Assembly: GCA_018303825.1 (NCBI GenBank)
Contig: JAGVXK010000015.1
Coordinates: 1 to 12,628 of the forward strand
From: Candidatus Pacearchaeota archaeon
GTDB taxonomy: Archaea; Nanobdellota; Nanobdellia; Pacearchaeales; GW2011-AR1
DNA length: 12,628 bases
Reading direction: 5' to 3'
Positions 6,904-12,628 of this stretch are shown here, piece after piece. The notes beneath the pieces were generated by a model. That model made no database searches and was not told the origin of the DNA. It saw only the letters and a list, made by a program, of their open reading frames with translations. How positions within the stretch are numbered: position 1 is the first letter of the stretch; the number at the start of each line of letters is the position of its first letter. The translations under genes were made by a program, and so were the position numbers.

Positions 6904-9885
6904 ATGGATATAGCGATTAATGTCAATCCTACGATTCCGGCTTTGCCAAGGGTTGAGGATAAAAAAAAGGTAGATGTCAGATATATGCTAATTGCTCCCT
7001 ATGCTTCAGCACATATCTATTGGGACAACAAAATAAATGAATTAGTCTATGATATAGAGGAGCCAATTTTGAATGAAATTGAAAAAAGAGCTCTTAATAA
7101 TCTGGAAAACGCAATGCTTGAATTAATTAATGTCAATGTTGCTGTTGAAAAAAGCACAGAGGCAATAACAGAATATATTGATAAGACTGCCAGGCTTCTG
7201 ATTGATGAATTAAATATAAAAATTGGGGAAGAGACTTATAAAAAAATATTTTATTATTTATTCAGAGACTTTATAGGATTTAATGAAATTGATCCTTTGC
7301 TTAGAGACTATTTCATAGAAGACATTGAATGCAATGGAGTTGATACCCCTGTTTATGTCATCCATAGAATATACAGGAATTTAAGGACAAGCTACACTCC
7401 AAATAACATAGACCAATTAGCAAGTTTTGTAGAAAAATTGGCTCAAAGAGCAGGAAGATACATTTCTTATGCACAACCATTATTAGACGGGACTCTTCCT
7501 GATGGAAGCAGAGTAAACGCTACTTACACAAAAGATGTTACGTCAAGAGGACCAACTTTTACAATAAGAAAGTTCACAAAAATACCCTGGACTCCAACAC
7601 AATTGATTTCAATGGGGACTTTAAGTCCTGAAATGCTTGCTTATTTCTGGATTTTATTGCAGTATAAATCAAGCATACTAATATCCGGGGGTACTGCTTC
7701 AGGAAAAACAACATTGTTAAATGGAATTGCATTCTTCATTCCCCCAGAGGCGAGAGTCGTTTCAATCGAAGATAGTGTTGCGGGAGATTCAAAACTGATT
7801 ATTAAAGAAAAGAAAAACATAAGAAATATTACAATCAAAGAATTTGTAGACAAAAAAATAGAGGCAGAAGTTTTAACAATTGATAAAGGGGGCAAAATAA
7901 CATGGGCTAGACCCTCAGATTACATTAAGCATAAAGTAAAAAAAGATATTTACGAAGTTACAACCGCAACAGGAAGAAAAATAAAAGTCACTCAAGACCA
8001 TTCATTATTTGCCCTTGATGATAAAAACAATTTAAGGGAAATTAAACCAACAGAATTGAAAGAAAAAGAATCGTTTATTGCGGTACCAAGATTGCTTCCA
8101 ATTGAAGGGGAGAATGTTAAAGAAATTAACTTGATGAATTACTTAAAAGTTTTTGAAGAGGACTTCTTAGAAGGAGAGCCAATTGGAGAAATGCTGAAAA
8201 ATTATGACTATCATAAATTAGATATTGCCAAAGAAAGAGCAAGATGGTGGAAAAACAACAACATAATAAAAATAAAAGAATTTATTAGATTAAACAAGAA
8301 TTTTGATTATGAAGATTTGAAAAAACTAAAGATAAAAAGCAAGAATAAAGCGTCCGTCCCCATTCTTTTTGATATTAACAAGGATTTTCTGGAATTTTGT
8401 GGGCTATGGCTTGGCGATGGAAGTTATGATAATTATAATAAAAACTCGGTAATAATCTCTAATGTTGATAGAGAGTGCATAGATATTTTTAAAAGAATTT
8501 CATGTTATCTTGGTTCAAATTATTCTGCGATGAATGACGGAGGGGTTTCTTTGAGAATTCACAACTCTGTTTTTTATAAATTCATGAAATATGTTCTGAA
8601 ACTTGATGGATATTCTAATACTAAAAAAATACCTGAATTTATTTTCAGCCTGTCAAATGAACAGATAAAACACTTTATAAGGGGGTATTTTAGCGCTGAT
8701 GGATGTGTTAAGAAATATGAAGTTTCATGCGCTTCACAAAGCTATGAATTACTTCAGGATTTACAATCCATGTTTTTAAGACTGGGCATAATCTCAAGAA
8801 TAAATGACTTTGAAAGAAAAGACAAATGCATGAATATGTCCATATCTTCTCATGATAACATAGATTTATTCAAGAAAATTGGCTTCTTGCAAGAAAGAAA
8901 AAATATTCTTTTGAATTCAATGATATTCAGGGCGCACCACGCCAATTCAGATATAATCCCCCTATCGGCTGAAAAAATGATTGAACTGAATACAATATCA
9001 AATGTCAAACTTCAAAACAATTACCTGAATGGGTCACAGAATATTGGCAGAAATTATGTGCAGGCGATTGCTCCGATAGGTTCGGAGTTTAACGACCTTT
9101 CGCACAACGATATCTTATGGGATAGGATAAAAAAAATTGAAAAGATTGTTTCTGAAGAAACAGAGGTTTTTGATTTAAGCATTCCAAAATATGAAAAATT
9201 TTTATGCAACAATATATTTGTCCATAACACTAGAGAAATTAACCTGCCGAGAGAAAATTGGCTGCCAAGTGTTGCTAGAACTTCCATTGGCATAGGAAAA
9301 GTTGGGGAGATAGACTTATTTGCACTGTTAAAAGCCTCCTTCAGACAAAATCCAGATTATTTAATAGTTGGAGAAGTTAGAGGAAAAGAAGCTTCGGTCA
9401 TGTTCCAGGGAATGGCCTCCGGGCATTCTTCTCTTAGCACTATGCACGCAGATTCTGTGGACACATTGATAAGAAGATTGCAAACCCCTCCCATAGAGCT
9501 CTCGCCAACATTAGTCAATTCCCTGGATTGTGTGGCTATTGCAACTCATGCAACTGTTGGAAAGATAGAGACAAGAAAGCTAAGAGAAATAGTGGAAATA
9601 ATAAACATAAGCAGGGATGGCACTGCTTTGATAAATACTCCATTTAAATGGGATCCGGCAAAGGATGTATTCTATTACAAGAGACAAAGCAAGGTATTTG
9701 AAAAAATAGCCATGAGAACTGGAATTCCGGTCGAGAAGCTTCAGGCAGAACTTACAATAAGGGCAAAAATTCTCTATGAAATGTATAAAAAGAAAATATT
9801 TGGATTCACTGAGGTGCAAAAAGTCATTAATGATTACTTCAAAAATCCTATGTCTGTCCTTACCAAATTCGGCATACAAGAATGA
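6904..9885 (+). CDS. Type II/IV secretion (VirB11/TadA/FlaI-like) pilus assembly ATPase, intein-containing; 508 aa after splicing
   Basis: 'IEDIECNG', 'LPDGSRVNAT', 'FTIRKF', Walker A GGTASGKTT, Asp box SIED|TRE split by the intein, 'RQNPDYLIVGEVRG' (Walker B), His box GHSSLSTMHA. Confidence 0.95.
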   Translation: MDIAINVNPTIPALPRVEDKKKVDVRYMLIAPYASAHIYWDNKINELVYDIEEPILNEIEKRALNNLENAMLELINVNVAVEKSTEAITEYIDKTARLLIDELNIKIGEETYKKIFYYLFRDFIGFNEIDPLLRDYFIEDIECNGVDTPVYVIHRIYRNLRTSYTPNNIDQLASFVEKLAQRAGRYISYAQPLLDGTLPDGSRVNATYTKDVTSRGPTFTIRKFTKIPWTPTQLISMGTLSPEMLAYFWILLQYKSSILISGGTASGKTTLLNGIAFFIPPEARVVSIEDSVAGDSKLIIKEKKNIRNITIKEFVDKKIEAEVLTIDKGGKITWARPSDYIKHKVKKDIYEVTTATGRKIKVTQDHSLFALDDKNNLREIKPTELKEKESFIAVPRLLPIEGENVKEINLMNYLKVFEEDFLEGEPIGEMLKNYDYHKLDIAKERARWWKNNNIIKIKEFIRLNKNFDYEDLKKLKIKSKNKASVPILFDINKDFLEFCGLWLGDGSYDNYNKNSVIISNVDRECIDIFKRISCYLGSNYSAMNDGGVSLRIHNSVFYKFMKYVLKLDGYSNTKKIPEFIFSLSNEQIKHFIRGYFSADGCVKKYEVSCASQSYELLQDLQSMFLRLGIISRINDFERKDKCMNMSISSHDNIDLFKKIGFLQERKNILLNSMIFRAHHANSDIIPLSAEKMIELNTISNVKLQNNYLNGSQNIGRNYVQAIAPIGSEFNDLSHNDILWDRIKKIEKIVSEETEVFDLSIPKYEKFLCNNIFVHNTREINLPRENWLPSVARTSIGIGKVGEIDLFALLKASFRQNPDYLIVGEVRGKEASVMFQGMASGHSSLSTMHADSVDTLIRRLQTPPIELSPTLVNSLDCVAIATHATVGKIETRKLREIVEIINISRDGTALINTPFKWDPAKDVFYYKRQSKVFEKIAMRTGIPVEKLQAELTIRAKILYEMYKKKIFGFTEVQKVINDYFKNPMSVLTKFGIQE
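7774..9228 (+). mobile_element. Intein with LAGLIDADG homing endonuclease (485 aa, residues 291-775)
   Basis: Block A SVAGDSKLII, block B KVTQDH, LAGLIDADG motifs GLWLGDGS and RGYFSADG, block F VFDLSI, terminal HN followed by Thr+1. Removal restores SIEDTRE. Confidence 0.95.
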
Positions 9886-9915
9886 TTGATTAAGATATTG
9901 CCAAATTGAAAGATA

Positions 9916-9923
9916 TTTAAACA
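9916..9923 (+). promoter_or_regulatory. TATA box upstream of the small ORF / platform genes
   Basis: GAAAGATA-TTTAAACA starting 27 nt upstream of ATG 9943. Confidence 0.45.
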
Positions 9924-9942
9924 AACTAAAATTAAAATTGCT

Positions 9943-10104
9943 ATGGAAAAAGAGATGATAACTATTCTAGCACAGCTTCTTACTGCTATGAAAGATGCAG
10001 TATACGAATTGGAGAAGGCGCAGAAAGCCAAGGATTTGGACAAGATAGCTATGGCAAAAAGCGAAATAATCAATCTAAAAAACCAAATTGACAGATTATT
10101 ATGA
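9943..10104 (+). CDS. 53-aa helical-hairpin small protein (not in the ORF track)
   Basis: Manual translation MEKEMITILAQLLTAMKDAVYELEKAQKAKDLDKIAMAKSEIINLKNQIDRLL. Amphipathic heptad pattern, ATGA overlap with 10101, TATA box at the expected spacing. Confidence 0.8.
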   Translation: MEKEMITILAQLLTAMKDAVYELEKAQKAKDLDKIAMAKSEIINLKNQIDRLL

Positions 10105-11405
10105 TAGAAGAATTAAGAAAAAACATAGATACTGAAATAGAAATATTAAGAGAGATAGCCAAGTATGTTAATATTTTAAATGAATCAAAGGGGCTTCATG
10201 AAAGGAAAATGCTCAGCGAGTCCATTGATTCTTTAATAGAAAGCCTGAGAATGATAAATAACTCTATTCCGGAAATATTAAATAATATTTCGGTTGCGAA
10301 AAGACTTCCTTCTTCTACTGATGCAACAAATCTGAGCAGGATAAGCTACAGAAAAACTGATGGAACAATAAGTGTTGTTCTGAATGCGCATGACAAGGAA
10401 AGATTTCTCAAAGAATTAAGCATAAGCGAGCATCTTATCAAAAAATTAAAGAAAGGACAGAAGAACAAGGAAAGTGTGCAGCAACAAGGATTCAAATCAA
10501 CGAGGGGTTATTTGAAATTGTCAAATAAACTCTTTTTGGAAACTGCAAAAAACCTCATAGAAAAAGGGAAGTTCAGGACACTTGCGATAGAAATAAAGAG
10601 GGCCAATTTTGATTTATTGCTCGAATCTTATGTTGCAATGATTTTCTTCACGACATTAATGTCGGTTTTTGCCGGTATCATTTTGATGTTTTTCTTCCTA
10701 TTTTTTAATATCGAAATTGACTGGCCGATAATAACTTTGTATTCTGGGGGATTGCTGATAAGATTGGCAAAAGTCATATTTATACCGATAATATTGCCTG
10801 TAGCAACATTCATATTTTTGTATATTTATCCCTCAACTGAAAAGGATACTATTGCAAAAAAAATAGAGAGAGAACTCCCATTTGCCACAATACATATGAG
10901 TGCTATATCTGGTTCTGGAATAGCCCCAACAGAGATATTCAGAATTATAGGGATAAGCAAGGAATACCCTTATATGGGCAAGGAGATAAGAAAAGTTCTA
11001 AATCAAATTAATCTTTATGGATATGATTTGGTTACAGCCCTGACAAATGTTTCCAAAATAACTCCAAGCTCCAAATTATCTGAATTGTTCTCGGGATTGA
11101 CAACAACTATAAGCTCTGGGGGAGGCCTGCAGGGATTCTTCGAAAAAAGGGCAGAGACATTGCTCACAGATTACAGGCTGGAAAGAGAAAGATACACTCA
11201 TGTTGCGGAAACTTTTATGGACATTTACATAACTGTTGTTGTAGCTGCGCCAATGATTCTCATGCTCTTATTAATAATGATCTACATGACTGGATTCGCA
11301 ATAAGCTTCACCCCGCAGCAGATGACCTTGATAATGATCGGAATAATAGGCTTGATAAACATACTCTTCATAGGACTTTTGCAGTCAAAACAACCCGGAT
11401 ACTAA
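10101..11405 (+). CDS. T2SS-F/TadC/FlaJ-like membrane platform protein with soluble N-terminal extension
   Basis: 'IERELPFATIHMSAISGSG', 'KEIRKVLNQINLYGYDLVTAL', 'TPSSKLSELFSGL', multiple TM helices, located after the ATPase. Confidence 0.9.
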   Translation: MIEELRKNIDTEIEILREIAKYVNILNESKGLHERKMLSESIDSLIESLRMINNSIPEILNNISVAKRLPSSTDATNLSRISYRKTDGTISVVLNAHDKERFLKELSISEHLIKKLKKGQKNKESVQQQGFKSTRGYLKLSNKLFLETAKNLIEKGKFRTLAIEIKRANFDLLLESYVAMIFFTTLMSVFAGIILMFFFLFFNIEIDWPIITLYSGGLLIRLAKVIFIPIILPVATFIFLYIYPSTEKDTIAKKIERELPFATIHMSAISGSGIAPTEIFRIIGISKEYPYMGKEIRKVLNQINLYGYDLVTALTNVSKITPSSKLSELFSGLTTTISSGGGLQGFFEKRAETLLTDYRLERERYTHVAETFMDIYITVVVAAPMILMLLLIMIYMTGFAISFTPQQMTLIMIGIIGLINILFIGLLQSKQPGY

Positions 11406-11461
11406 AATGACCTTTAAAAAAGCTCATGGAAAGAGAAGATTCACAAGAGTGAAATGACAAA

Positions 11462-12331
11462 ATGAAATTAACAAATATACATTGGATTGGAATAACAATT
11501 GCGGCAATTATCTTAATTTTAGATTTAATTTTCTTCTTTGGAAAGCATGATAGAAATTTATTTCTATTTTTAATTGGGATAGGAATATTAGTTGCCGCAA
11601 TGCCATTCATGCTTGACTTGATAGTCGAAAGCAGGAGAGATGAAGAAATAAATGAAATGTTCCTTGAATTTTCAAGAAATCTTGCAGAGAGCGTCAGCAC
11701 CGGAACACCAGTAAGCAAAAGCATAGTTAATATGAAAGCGAAAAACTACGGCTCTCTTACCCCTTATGTAAAAAAACTTGCCAATCAGATAGAACTGGGA
11801 ATACCAATGCATAGGGCGTTGGATAACTTTGCATCTGATGTTGACAATGTTGTTATAAACCGGGCAATCGCCCTGATAATGGAGGCTGAAAGAGCTGGAG
11901 GAGAAATAGATTACATATTAGATTCTGTCGCAAAAGCAATATTTGAAATAGAAAAGCTGAAAAAAGAAAGGAGAGCAGCAATATATAATCTTGTTGTGCA
12001 GGGATATATCATCTTTTTTGTATTCATAGGCATAATGCTGGTTATGCAGTTCAAAATACTTCCTTTGACAACGGGGATAGGCGGTCCGGGGTTATCAGAC
12101 CTTAATTTAAATTCTTTAACCAGCGACAATCAGCAAATTAGCACTCCCCAGATATCCATAAGCGACATTTCAAACCAATTTCTTTATTTGATAATTGCCC
12201 AGGGATTTTTTGCTGGATTGATAATTGGAAAACTGGCAGAAGGAAACATTAAGGCTGGATTGGAACATTCATTTATTCTTGTGATAACTGCATTCTTAGT
12301 TTCATTTGGAGCTAGGCTTTTATTCGGGTGA
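11462..12331 (+). CDS. Second T2SS-F/TadB-TadC-like platform protein
   Basis: 'EMFLEFSRNLAESVSTG', 'KKLANQIELGIP', 'IMEAERAGG', 'QGFFAGLIIGKLAEG', TM helices. Confidence 0.9.
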   Translation: MKLTNIHWIGITIAAIILILDLIFFFGKHDRNLFLFLIGIGILVAAMPFMLDLIVESRRDEEINEMFLEFSRNLAESVSTGTPVSKSIVNMKAKNYGSLTPYVKKLANQIELGIPMHRALDNFASDVDNVVINRAIALIMEAERAGGEIDYILDSVAKAIFEIEKLKKERRAAIYNLVVQGYIIFFVFIGIMLVMQFKILPLTTGIGGPGLSDLNLNSLTSDNQQISTPQISISDISNQFLYLIIAQGFFAGLIIGKLAEGNIKAGLEHSFILVITAFLVSFGARLLFG

Positions 12332-12454
12332 ACTACCCTATGGTAAGTTATGAAGCATCAAATAATGTCCAGTTAAACTATTTTTATCTTTTAATATTTA
12401 TTTCCTGCCTTGCTTTATCTCCAAGGCAAGGCCTTGGGGTATTAGGAAGAGTGA
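12328..12454 (-). mobile_element. 127-bp non-autonomous IS200/IS605 derivative (PATE/MITE-like)
   Basis: Minus strand: target TTAT (12458-12455), then 15 nt ending in guide AATA, then the hairpin at 12419-12439. The right end has guide GATG, a decayed hairpin and GGTAGTTCAC. Excision restores TTC GGA TAA for the upstream gene. Confidence 0.75.
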
Positions 12455-12506
12455 ATAATATATTGATTTATTCAGATATTTTATTGACTATAAGATTTAA
12501 TATTAT

Positions 12507-12628
12507 GTGACATCCTCCTAGCCCTAAAAGGCTAGGCGTCCAGTTAGTCTTATTGCGTCGCGTGGTGCAACGATTGATTTTCTATATATGTAAATACTTG
12601 TTCAAATTCTGCTCCGACTGAACAGCAA
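12507..12628 (-). mobile_element. Right end of an IS200-type element extending beyond the window
   Basis: Minus strand: guide GACG, perfect 7-bp hairpin CCTAGCC/GGCTAGG (12517-12536), then AGGATGTCAC. Directly follows the tnpA 3' end. Confidence 0.85.
12550..12627 (-). CDS. tnpA: IS200/IS605 Y1 transposase, C-terminal fragment (truncated by window)
   Basis: Manual translation CCSVGAEFEQVFTYIENQSLHHATQ* contains the SVG...YIxNQ catalytic-tyrosine helix motif, adjacent to the right-end hairpin. Confidence 0.8.
   Translation of the reverse strand, partial: CCSVGAEFEQVFTYIENQSLHHATQ

Noticed and set aside
4172-9228. Redox control of intein splicing by the neighbouring TrxB
   Set aside because: The intein uses Ser1 and Thr+1, so there is no catalytic Cys to trap. 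trxB and the pilins also appear to have separate promoters.
11407-11457. 16-aa ORF MTFKKAHGKRRFTRVK between the platform genes
   Set aside because: Too short to support, with no coupling to the downstream start.
7641-12129. Minus-strand ORFs over the ATPase, small ORF and platform genes
   Set aside because: Antisense shadows. 9834..10073 overlaps the better-supported plus-strand 53-aa ORF.
12328-12510. 60-aa plus-strand ORF in the track
   Set aside because: It coincides with the mini-IS element and AT-rich spacer, and has no protein-like features.
12367-12546. GTCCAGTTA repeated at 12367-12375 and 12538-12546
   Set aside because: Only 9 nt and at different offsets from the element ends, so it is not enough to claim common ancestry.
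56-12628. Whole window as a composite IS200/605 transposon carrying the pilus locus
   Set aside because: On the minus strand the cargo lies after right ends and before a left end, the opposite of the LE-cargo-RE order required.
1-12628. CRISPR array, tRNA, rRNA, or IscB/TnpB omega-RNA system
   Set aside because: No regularly spaced repeats or RNA gene signatures were seen. The GTGAACTACCC and GTGACATCC motifs are explained as IS right ends, with no iscB or tnpB in the window.

Overview
Low-GC archaeal chromosomal window. The gene families and promoter layout suggest a DPANN lineage such as Pacearchaeota/Woesearchaeota; this is an inference. The right half is a Tad/type IV pilus locus: three class III signal-peptide pilins, a VirB11/TadA/FlaI-type assembly ATPase, a 53-aa ORF missing from the ORF track, and two T2SS-F/TadC-like platform proteins. 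The ATPase is interrupted in its Asp box by a 485-aa LAGLIDADG intein. The left half holds a wHTH + RelE-like gene pair with a palindromic candidate operator, a Cys-rich membrane-anchored surface protein, a conserved hypothetical, an SNase-LTD nuclease, a PrdX/YbaK deacylase and thioredoxin reductase. Both edges carry IS200/IS605-family DNA: a left end at 56-93, a 127-bp transposase-less element inserted at the last pilus gene's stop codon without changing the protein, and the right end plus tnpA 3' fragment of an IS200 element. Most genes look leaderless, with a TATA box starting 27-30 nt upstream of the ATG.
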